Shown here: one piece after another, positions 11,078-22,187 of the stretch
How positions within the stretch are numbered: position 1 is the stretch's first letter
Layout: each line of letters begins with the position of its first letter
NCBI GenBank assembly: GCA_963804165.1
Contig: CAWDPO010000032.1
Span: forward strand, 1-36,983
Origin: an uncultured delta proteobacterium
Lineage (GTDB): Bacteria > Desulfobacterota > Binatia > UBA9968
Direction of reading: 5' to 3'
Length of the DNA: 36,983 nt
Made by a program: the position numbers and the translations under genes
Notes under the pieces: generated by a model
What the model saw: only the letters and a program-made list of their open reading frames with translations
What the model was told of the DNA's origin: nothing
Databases searched by the model: none

Positions 11078-11880
11078 ATGCTGCAGCACGCGAAAAGTGT
11101 CTGCAAATCTTTTTTACTTCGATTCGGCTACGAAATTCGTGCGGTCCGTCAGCCGGTAATCGACAATGTCGATTACGAAGCAGCGCTGACCGTAAAAGAG
11201 TCACAATACTATTCCCGTTGGTTGGGTCCCTGTCCTCTTTTCAGCCCCTGGTCGGGGCATCCGGAATTTCAAGCCATATACGAAGGCGCGAAACGCTACA
11301 CGGTGGTTTCTCCAGACCGATGTTACATATTGATCAGTCTTGGCGCGTTACGCATCTCACTTGGCGGGAGACTTTGCCGAATGCGGAGTATACAGAGGCG
11401 GGACTGCACTTTTGCTGGCCCGCGTTCTAGGACACGACGCCAGAAAGAGACTGTATCTATTCGATAGCTTTCAGGGGCTGCCAAAGATAGGATCAGGAAA
11501 GGGATCCGTGGTTCTCTGAGGGCCAGTATGCGCCGGATCTGTTCGAAGCGGTTGAGGAGTTATTGAGCAACTTCCGAAGCATGATGGAGATTCGACGCGG
11601 CTGGATTCCTGAAACCTTTCGCGGACTCGAAAATAACCGCTATGCCTTTGCCCACCTGGACGTAGACCTCTATCAGTCGACGTTGGATTGCTGCAAGTAC
11701 TTTTACTCGCGACTGGTGCCAGGCGGAGTCTTGTTGTTTGATGAATATGGGTTTGCGCCTGCGCGAGGCGAAAAGGATGCCGTGGATGAGTTTTTTGGCG
11801 ACAAACCTGAGTCCCCGATCACGCTCCCCACAGGCCAGGCGATAATCTTAAAAGTGCCATCGCCATCCGATGCACAATGA
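11078..11880 (+). CDS. TylF/MycF/NovP-family O-methyltransferase, frameshifted
   Basis: GDFAECGVYRGG, LYLFDSFQGLP, GWIPETF, FAHLDVDLYQST and LVPGGVLLFDEY across frames. GGAG RBS before ATG 11078. Confidence 0.88.
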
Positions 11881-11883
11881 CAA

Positions 11884-11974
11884 ATCGAACGGTTTGAACA
11901 CAGCGAAGCGATTGAACGAACCCCCGGATCAGAGTCCGGGGGATGGAACGAATTTGAACAGGAAGGGTGCGAAC
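11884..11974. repeat. REP-like intergenic element: array of (T/C/G)GAAC units around a perfect hairpin
   Basis: atcgaac-ggtttgaac-..-gattgaac-gaac-[CCCCCGGA-tcagag-TCCGGGGG at 11921-11942]-atggaac-gaatttgaac-..-gcgaac. Confidence 0.6.
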
Positions 11975-12022
11975 ACTATTGGTCGGAATATTTTTTGTTT
12001 GAAACGTTCGCAGAACTCTTAG

Positions 12023-13893
12023 ATGGCAACTAGAAACAAAAGCCTCTGGGAGAAAACAATGGCCCCATCGCAACAGAAGGAAGATCTTTTGGCGCGCGCA
12101 AACGAGGGTGTCATGACTCGCACCATGGAGGGAATAATAAACTTCTGGAACCACGGCGCCGAACGGCTCTATGGTTGGCGGAAAGAGGAAGCCATCGGCA
12201 GAGTTAGCCACGATCTTTTACAGACGCAATTCCCGCAACCCTTGGAAGAGATCGACTCCGAACTCGTTCGCAACGGACGATGGGAAGGCAAACTCGTGCA
12301 CACTACCCGAGACGGCAGCCGCGTGACGGTAATAGCCAGTGGATCTTGGATCGCACCACAGCCTGGAACGGTCGTTGAAATTAACGCGCGCCCTGCTGGT
12401 GAAGAAAAAAGTAGCGAGCCGCCATCGAAGGCCTCCTTATTTGCCAACGCCACTCTCGGGGGCGGGATTTGCGCCTGCCTGGCTGCATTTCTTTATTGCG
12501 GTTACTCCTATGCTATTGCCGGCGGGAAATATCTCTCGAGTTTTGCCGGCGTTTTCTTCTACCAGATTTTGCCCGCCGGCATAGCGCTTCTATTGCTGGC
12601 GGCTTTTCGCTTGTCCCCGGCGTATAGAATCAATCTCGCTCTCGTTCTGTGCTCCATAGGCTTCTCATTATATGGGGCAGAGCTGCTCATGAGCCTCTCG
12701 CCGTCCAAATCGGGATCAGAAACATTATGGGGCGATGCTCGTTTCAAAGAGTCGCGGCAGAAAAAAATACACGCTTTAGCGAAAACGTTTAATGCCGAGT
12801 TCGATACCCGCAGTAGACTCGATGTAATCCGAGAACTGCGCGGGCAAGGCATCCCGGCAGTGCCGAGCATCCCTCCTTCAGCGCTATTAAAAGGTCAGGC
12901 GAGCGGGAGATTCGAGTCCGAGATAAGGATCGATGGCGAAGAGAGTTTGCCATTAGGGGGAATAAGTAACAGTGTCACGGTGCTGTGCAATGAAACCGGA
13001 CGATACTCAATTTATGACAGCGACGAACGCGGTTTTCATAACCCGAGGGGAATTTGGGGTTCGAGAAGCATGGCTATCGCAGCAGTTGGAGACTCCTTTA
13101 CGGAAGGATCGTGCGTTCCTTCCGACAGGAACTTCGTGGCTCTAATAAGGAACCGATATTCGGATACCTTAAATCTCGGTATGTCCGGTGAAGGGCCTCT
13201 GTTCATGCTCGCCGCAACCACAGAGTATTTGCCCTTCGTGAAGCCAAAGGCGGTTTTATGGTTTTTTTACGAAGAAAATGACTTCGAGGAATTGTGGAAA
13301 GAAAGTAGGAGCTCGTTTGCTGAGACAATACGTCGGAGGCAACTTCAAACAAGGCCTGCTCGATCGTCAAGGGGAGATTGACCGAGCTCTTAGACAATAC
13401 GTAGAAGTAGCGTATGAAAAGAGAGCTAGAAAAGAGGGGCGAAGAAGCGAAAGTCGGTAAAAAATCGGAAGACCCAGGGTACTACCCTCGAATTTTACTG
13501 GGTTTTTTAAAGCTCAGCAGTTTGCGAGGAACGCTTGGTCTGGTTTACGGACCCGCGGCAAAAGATCCGAAGATTGGCACAGTCAAGGCCAGTTGGAATT
13601 ATTTCGCACCATTTTGCTGCAAGCCAAAAGTTCAGTGGAGGAGTGGGATGGGACGCTCTACTTTATTTATCTCCCAGCCAGGGATCGCTACGCCAATGCG
13701 CAGGATTATCACCGGCAGGCGGTTTTAGACATCGTGAAAGATACCGGTATTCCCATTATTGACATTCATGCGAGAATCCAACGTGAAAGCGATCCGATGA
13801 AGTTTTTTCCTTTGGCCGATTCGGCCATTACAACGAGCAAGGCATCGGTTAGTGGCTGAAGAAGTTCTACGTTCTGTCGCGCCAAAGGAATAA
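12023..13893 (+). CDS. PAS domain + transmembrane segments + SGNH/GDSL (AlgX/AlgJ-like) domain protein, frameshifted in the 3' part
   Basis: PAS signature GIINFWNHGAERLYGW..EEAIG..GRWEG.LVH..RDG, about 3 hydrophobic helices, then SGNH blocks VGDSFTEG, NLGMSGEG, FYEEND and C-terminal FGHYNEQG. Stop TAA at 13891-13893. Confidence 0.75.
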
Positions 13894-14196
13894 CCGAATG
13901 AAAGCGTATCCGGAGCTGCTTCCAGCGTTTGTGTTTCAATTTGCGGTACGTGAAAAGTTAACTCCAGCCACATCACTAAAACGCTTTTAGCTCAACTGAA
14001 TTAGATAACTTCTCCCACAGAATCGCGCGTGACGAGATTGATATCATTGAATTTCGATAGGGAATGACAAATTCCTATATTGGATGAGTTTGCCGGCTTT
14101 GAGTGAGTGAGTGTGAACAAAGCGCATGCTGACAAAAAATATCGCTAGGTACTCTTTGAGAGCACCCAACAGCTATTTTCACTCGCGACTCGTGGC

Positions 14197-15007
14197 ATGA
14201 TAGGGACTATCAGCCATGTGCACACCTCGGAGTCGGTCGCAGCTCTGACGTTTGACGACGGACCCGATCCGGAATATACACCTGGCTGCTCGAAATCCTG
14301 CGACGGTTCAAGCGCACGCGACTTTTTTCATGACCGGAAAGGCTGCCGAAGCCCATCCAGAACTGGTCAGACGGGTCGCGCAGGCTGGCCACGCGATCGG
14401 AAACCATTCCTGGGATCACCCCTCTTTTCCGTCGATTAGCGGCCGTGAACGGCGAGCCCAGATCCGCGCATGCGCCCAAGCCCTTGCTCCATAGGAATAG
14501 CGGCTGTTTCGACCGCCTTACGGCGAACAAAACATTGCCTCACGAATCGATGCGCTTTTGTTGGGTTACAAAGTCGTCATGTTCGATGGTTGGTCGGACG
14601 ATTGGTGTGGCGGCGATCCGGACACGATAGCGCGCCAGCTCGAAAGGCGGTTTCATCCCGGTGCCATATCGTGGCTCACGACAGGCTTTCCGATGCGCTC
14701 GATGAATCGTACTTCAACCGAGACCTAATGTTAAAAGGAATCGAGATTTTTTAGACCGGCTGGGTGACCGGGTTCGTTTTATAACGATTCCCGAGCTGTT
14801 GCGTCGCGGGCGAGCTCACAAAGAGATATGGTACAAGAGATCTAATTGGAACTCTTGAATAGGCTAGTGGAGCGTGAGGGTCCGGGACGCCGCTATGTGC
14901 AAAATGGGACGAGCGACTGGGTGAGACTGCTCCGTGAACATTTTCCTCGAGCCCCAAGCAAGATAGAGGTAAACCATGAAACTAAGCGTAATTATCCCAT
15001 GTCTTAA
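14197..15007 (+). CDS. Polysaccharide deacetylase (NodB/CE4), with frameshifts and apparent in-frame stops
   Basis: ALTFDDGP, ATFF, GHAIGNHSWDHP, LFRPPYG and AHD motifs. Both ends are approximate. Confidence 0.8.
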
Positions 15008-15854
15008 TGCGGCGGCTACCATCGGCGCTGCAACTTGAGGCTTTGGTCAAGCAGCATGGAGTGAGCCGTGGGAAATTATTGTCGCTGATAACGGCTCAAC
15101 CGACAAGTCGCGAAAAATTGTCGAGTCATACAGAGACAGACTGCCGAACTCCGCATTGTTGACGCATCTTGCCGGCGCGGCCAACCCTACGCGCTCAATG
15201 CTGGGGCTGCGGCGGCGCAGGGAGACGCATTGGCGTTCTGCGATGCCGACGATGAAGTGCGCCGGGATGGGTCGCTGCCATGGGCGACGCGCTTCTCCAG
15301 CATGATTTTGTCGCTTGCCGTATTGATTTCACGAAGCTCAATCCTCCTTGGTTGCAGACCTTTTTCGAGGGCACGCGCAGCAGCATGGTCAACTATTAAA
15401 GGCTAAGTTCCCGCCTTACCTATGGCATGCCGGCGGCGGTACTCTCGGCGTCAGGAAATCACTTCATGAGGCTGTCGGAGGATTTGACGAGGCCCTGCCC
15501 TATCATGCATGACACTGATTATTGCTTTAAGATTCAACTCAAGGAGTGGAATTGCATTTTGTTTCCTGAGGCGGTAGTGCATATTCGTTGCCGCTGCACC
15601 CTGATGGGGCTGCTGCGTCAAGCATGCCATTGGGCGGAATACAATGTTTTGCTCTACAAGATGTACCGGCCCCGGAACAGTAAAGATTTCTCGGCGTCAC
15701 TGGAAAGATTGTTTGGGAGAGTGGAAGGGTCTTTTGCGTTCCATGCCTCAGATGCTCTCGTGGGAGAACCGCTCAGGCTCGATGGGTTCGGCGGTTTGGC
15801 TGGCAACTCGGCATACTTTTGGGAAGCATCAAGTACCATGTACCGCCAGTTTGA
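14976..15854 (+). CDS. Glycosyltransferase family 2, multiple frameshifts
   Basis: MKLSVIIPCLNA, EIIVADNGSTD, FCDADD (DxD), VGGFDE and HDTDYC. GAGG RBS before ATG 14976. Ends KYHVPPV-TGA. Confidence 0.85.
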
Positions 15855-16068
15855 GCCGGCCCGGCCGTGAGAAAACGGCGCTTTCGCTGGATGACCGCTT
15901 CGGGGTGAGCCAGCCAAACTGTCACCGGACTGTGTCCTCGCACCAATAGCTCGTCCAACTTCGTTGGGTAGAGCACACCAAATCTAGATCCGAGATTTCG
16001 AGGTTCAAAAGGTATCAAGCGCGTTTCCCGCGCGGGTCGCGGGGTTCACGCCTGAGTAAGGTTTTATT

Positions 16069-18030
<1,962 letters not shown>

Positions 18031-18301
18031 CCAAAGGACGTGATGGAAAACGTAGCCGACAAGATCCTATCCGATTCCCTCGGTCACTTAGTTTAACACT
18101 GCAAAAGGGAGATGGTTGATTGCCTGGAATTCGGCGAAGTCGTGGGGCTATTTGACGATTCGGTCCAGCCGCTAATGCATCCTCCTTATCCGTTCTGCTG
18201 AGTCATCGTTGAACGACGTTTTTTAAACACGACTAGAGTCCGTTGCCTTTCAGTTGAGGCGGGGACATACACCCTGTATTGCGCAAAAATGGAGGTGAAT
18301 C

Positions 18302-18634
18302 ATGCCGCAACTCAAAAGCAAAGAGACTAGGGCAGTTCGTTACAGTCTCGATGTGCCGCCGCTGATGATGACATATCGACCGAAGCGTCGACCGGATATA
18401 CGAACGCGCGTGGTTGACGGTGAAACCATTGTCCTTGACCGCGGGGACGAGTTTGTTCACCAGTTTAACAAAACCGCAACCTACATTTGGGACCGTTGCA
18501 ACGGACACCGTACGCCCGACGAAATCACTTTTGACCTGTGTGAGGTGTTCGATGTCGATTTTCCGACGGCTCGCAAAGACGTGCTTGCTACGGTTGAACA
18601 GTTGCGACGATCGAAACTCTTGGAGGGCCCGTGA
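18302..18634 (+). CDS. Stand-alone PqqD-family protein (RiPP recognition element fold)
   Basis: GGAGG RBS. The pattern VVDGETIVLD..HQFNKTATYIWDRCNG..DEI..LCEVFDVD..ARKDVLATVEQLRRSKLL is typical of PqqD/RRE. Confidence 0.85.
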   Translation: MPQLKSKETRAVRYSLDVPPLMMTYRPKRRPDIRTRVVDGETIVLDRGDEFVHQFNKTATYIWDRCNGHRTPDEITFDLCEVFDVDFPTARKDVLATVEQLRRSKLLEGP

Positions 18635-18938
18635 AGAGTAGATTGGCAGCGGGTCGATGATTTCGGCATTTAGAAGTGAAGAGACTCGCTGAGTTTAAAA
18701 GCGTCCAAGCGCCGCCGCCTGACTAAAGCGGGTGCGTGCCGCGCCGGCGTTGCGACGACCGATCTGAATTACACGCTTCGCGCGCAGCGGCCGTGGCGGC
18801 GAATGACGAGGACCCATTTGTTTTTCCGTTAAGAATTTCCCGCCGTCGAATTGCGCCAATTCCACTGGACTATTATTGCATTCGCTGTCCCTGGAATTCA
18901 CTTTCAGCGAAGACCATCACCGTCAAGGAGGAGTTTTC

Positions 18939-20303
18939 ATGGATTTGAGAGGAGAAGCAACCATCTCATTGGGTGAGAGACCTGTATCTCAGACGCTCAA
19001 TTTGCGGCGGGAGCTGAAAAGACGTATTCGCAACCGCTCCGCCAAAGTCGGTATTGTCGGGTTAGGATACGTCGGTTTGCCGTTGGCGATAGAAATGGCC
19101 AAGGAAGGATACCAAGTGACGGGAATTGATCTCAGTAAAGAGAAGGTTAATTCCATCAACGATGGCGTATCCTATATTCCCGACATCGCCAGCGAGAGCG
19201 TGGCGTCCTTCGTCGTGAGCGGCAAGTTGAGGGCAACGCAGTCGTTAGCCGCTGTGGGCGATCTTGATACGATCAATATCTGTGTGCCCACGCCGCTAAG
19301 GAAGAACAAAGATCCGGAGCTGTCGTACGTGATTGCGGCGGTGGAGGTGATTCGCAACCATATCCAGCCAGGCCAACTGATCACCCTGGAGAGCACCACT
19401 TATCCGGGAACAACGAGAGAAGTCGTGTTGCCGATTCTGGAAGAATCGGGTCTACGGGCGGGTACGGAGTTCTTTTTGGCTTACTCTCCGGAACGGGTCG
19501 ACCCGGGAAATTCAACCTATAATACGCGGAACATTCCCAAGGTCGTCGGCGGCGTGACGCCGCGATGCGCCGAGATGGCAGCTTTGTTCTATCGCCAGTT
19601 CATCGACAACGTCATTACAGTCTCCTCAACGGACTGCGCCGAGATGGTCAAGCTGTTGGAAAATACCTTTCGCAGCGTGAATATTGCGCTCGCCAACGAG
19701 ATGGCGATAACGTGCCACAGTTTTGGGATCAACGTCTGGGAAGTCATCGAAGCGGCGAAATCCAAACCTTTCGGGTTTATGCCCTTTTATCCGGGCCCGG
19801 GCTTGGGGGGGCATTGCATACCTGTTGACCCGTACTATTTGACCTGGAAGGCGCGCATGAATGGCTGCGAGCCGCGGCTGATAGAACTCGCCGGTCACAT
19901 CAACGGTCAGATGCCGACATTTGTCATCCGTGGCATCAACGACGCTCTTAATGAAAAGCGCAAATGTCTTAACGGCGCCAAGATACTGGCCTTGGGCGTG
20001 GCCTACAAGCGCGACACCAATGACGTTCGAGAGTCCCCGGCGTTGCATATTTTAAAAGGGCTCGATGATAAGGGCGCACTGATCCATTTTTCGGATCCCT
20101 ACATTCAGACCGTTGTCATCAACGACAAGACCATAAATTCAATCGCTCTGACGCCTGATGTATTACGGTCGATGGACTTAGTGGCGATTCTCACTGACCA
20201 TTCCGCGTTCGATTATTCCATGATCGCCGAATGCAGTCATGTCGTTTTTGATACCCGGAATGCTCTCAAAGAAAGCGATCATTCCAACGTGACCCTTCTG
20301 TAG
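18939..20303 (+). CDS. Nucleotide-sugar 6-dehydrogenase (UDP-GlcNAc/ManNAc dehydrogenase, WbpO/WecC/TviB family)
   Basis: AGGAGG RBS before ATG 18939. Motifs VGLGYVGLPLA, CVPTP, ESTTYPGTT, SPERVDPG, KLLENTFR, GGHCIPVDP and AYK. Confidence 0.93.
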   Translation: MDLRGEATISLGERPVSQTLNLRRELKRRIRNRSAKVGIVGLGYVGLPLAIEMAKEGYQVTGIDLSKEKVNSINDGVSYIPDIASESVASFVVSGKLRATQSLAAVGDLDTINICVPTPLRKNKDPELSYVIAAVEVIRNHIQPGQLITLESTTYPGTTREVVLPILEESGLRAGTEFFLAYSPERVDPGNSTYNTRNIPKVVGGVTPRCAEMAALFYRQFIDNVITVSSTDCAEMVKLLENTFRSVNIALANEMAITCHSFGINVWEVIEAAKSKPFGFMPFYPGPGLGGHCIPVDPYYLTWKARMNGCEPRLIELAGHINGQMPTFVIRGINDALNEKRKCLNGAKILALGVAYKRDTNDVRESPALHILKGLDDKGALIHFSDPYIQTVVINDKTINSIALTPDVLRSMDLVAILTDHSAFDYSMIAECSHVVFDTRNALKESDHSNVTLL

Positions 20304-20726
20304 TTCGTTTAGCTCTCTCGTCTTCGGTTTGCCATCGAACAAGTCAGGACTGCCTGAGTGTGCGCGGCGCGACCGTACGGCGCCACTCGGCCATGATACA
20401 TCGCGAGACTCAAGCCCCGACGCACCGAAACAATGAAACATTTATTCTACTATCTGCGCGGAGTTTCAGATTGTTCGGGACCATCCATAATTGACGCGTA
20501 AGACTGAGCGTTCCGCTGCAATTCAGATATATCCCGGCAGACTTACATACTCTGCTGCGGGAATTTGATGCGCCAGAATATTTGTCCGTCGTTTTCTGAC
20601 AAGTGCCCTTAAATTCTGACTGGAAAATCGGTCAATCGCTAACTCGTGAAGACCCCGTACGCTTTCAAAGATGCAGAAGTTGTTGTGACATAAGAACTTT
20701 TGAGACAGTCATAGGGGAATTAATCG

Positions 20727-20742
20727 TGGCATATTCCTTGCT
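20727..20742 (+). promoter_or_regulatory. sigma54 (-24/-12) promoter
   Basis: TGGCAT-ATTCC-TTGCT matches consensus TGGCAC-N5-TTGCW with exact GG-N10-GC spacing, in an intergenic position. Confidence 0.75.
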
Positions 20743-20754
20743 GTTTTTTTGGCC

Positions 20755-20967
20755 ATGTACTTTGAATGCCAACATTGTGAGCAACCGATTATGGGCAAGG
20801 CGTACAGAGTCACCAGTCAGGAGTCCGGTGTCACGCTACTTGATATGACGGTTTGCCATTATTGCTTCATTGACGCGCAGCAGCTCGGGCTTAAAGCAGA
20901 AGAGCTACACACGCGCGATGATTTTAATACCGCGCCGCGCGGTATTAGCTATAGCGGCCTTCGCTAA
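20755..20967 (+). CDS. Small putative zinc-binding protein (CxxC-x25-CxxC), 70 aa
   Basis: MYFECQHCEQPIMGKAYRVTSQESGVTLLDMTVCHYCF, directly downstream of the sigma54 promoter. Confidence 0.65.
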   Translation: MYFECQHCEQPIMGKAYRVTSQESGVTLLDMTVCHYCFIDAQQLGLKAEELHTRDDFNTAPRGISYSGLR

Positions 20968-21453
20968 CGTCATTCCCCATTTCGTGGAGCGTGAAGTCGG
21001 CGGGATTGGTGTGCGCAGCAGGGTACGTCCATTCGTGAGCGATCACCAAAAGCTGGGTGATCGCGCTCGTTGCCGGATCGGACAAAATCCGGTTTATCGC
21101 AGCAGTGTGCGAACGGAGGCAAACAACGCGCTCGCATGTCGCCAATCAGCTGACGCTCGGACCTTTCCCGGGTTCATTAACAATTCCGACGCGGAATTCG
21201 GTTCAACCGGCGCGGTTCAGGTATTTCCAAAGGCGACTTTCCACGTCAGGTTCTCTGTTGATCGGTGATATGGATCCGCGAAATCGTGAGTGTTTCATAG
21301 CCGCTTGGCATTAAGGTCGGCATCGGTGAACGCGCCGCCCCTTGTGTTAGGAGTGCGTTTGTCGAAGGGACGAGCGCAATCTTGAACGCGTGAATTTCAT
21401 TTCTCGAACGCGATCCCAAAAAATCCTGTGACCGCGATTTGAAGTCTACCACG

Positions 21454-22173
21454 ATGGATCACAATACCGAGGACGATTTGTTGGCAAGCCCTCAGGTACG
21501 GGCATTCGTCCAGGGACTTAGTCATGAAATCGGCAACAACCTGCAAGCAATCAAAGGAGAAGTCGAGCTTCTGGTTCTAGCGGGCGCTCTACCGCAACAG
21601 AGTCTCGAGGGCATCAGCCGCGGGGTAGAAGGAATCCTGGACCTGACGAATGAGGTAAACGAGTATCTATCGTCGGCTCCCTGCGAAACCCCGTATGAGA
21701 ATCCATCTGCGGTGATCTGCGAAGTAATTCAAAACCTTGCGCCGCGCCTAAATGAGGGCGGAGTTCGCGTCGATGTCGACTTCGCGGACGCGCTCCCCGA
21801 ATTGCCGCTGGGTTCGTTGTTTCGCGATGCCTTGCAACGGATACTTGATTTTTCTCCCGTGCTCCTACCGAATGGCGGCGATTTAGAAATTGCCGCAGAA
21901 GTGAAATGCATCAAAAACTCTCTGTTTGTCGAATTGCGGATCGCAAACGTGTCGCCGACGCCTTTGACGGTAGAGGAATCGGAGATTTTCCGCCCTTATT
22001 TGAAAGTCAACGGGTCTCGTGCCGGATTGACTCTGTCGATCGCGCGACAAATTCTACATCGACAGTTCGGCAAGATCAGTTTTCACAAAGAACAACGAAA
22101 CTGCGGCGTCTTTGCGATTTTGCTCAACCTCCCTTCTGACACACACTTTAGTAGAAAGTGTCTGAGCGTTTAA
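21454..22173 (+). CDS. Sensor-less histidine-kinase-like protein (HisKA + degenerate HATPase)
   Basis: H-box LSHEIGNNLQAI and F-box IFRPY are present. G2 is degenerate (RAGLTLSIARQI), and no N-box Asn or DxGxG is recognisable. ORF track start is TTG 21439; ATG 21454 is preferred. Confidence 0.7.
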   Translation: MDHNTEDDLLASPQVRAFVQGLSHEIGNNLQAIKGEVELLVLAGALPQQSLEGISRGVEGILDLTNEVNEYLSSAPCETPYENPSAVICEVIQNLAPRLNEGGVRVDVDFADALPELPLGSLFRDALQRILDFSPVLLPNGGDLEIAAEVKCIKNSLFVELRIANVSPTPLTVEESEIFRPYLKVNGSRAGLTLSIARQILHRQFGKISFHKEQRNCGVFAILLNLPSDTHFSRKCLSV

Positions 22174-22187
22174 ACGCTAAAACTTCG

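Noticed and set aside
14490-14502. TAG codons in the deacetylase as stop-codon recoding
   Set aside because: They sit in a locally indel-scrambled stretch just before LFRPPYG, and TAG is used as a normal stop elsewhere (1957, 4367, 20303).
18112-18201. 29-aa ORF as the RiPP precursor for the PqqD protein
   Set aside because: The SD-like AGGGAG abuts the ATG, there is no YxxP/LxxxG-T leader motif, and no maturase is nearby. It is kept only as a weak candidate within the RRE finding.
18864-18879. Possible sigma54 promoter TGGACTATTATTGCA before the nucleotide-sugar dehydrogenase
   Set aside because: GG-to-GC spacing is 9 rather than the obligatory 10, and the -24 box is poor. It would need an indel error in an otherwise clean region.
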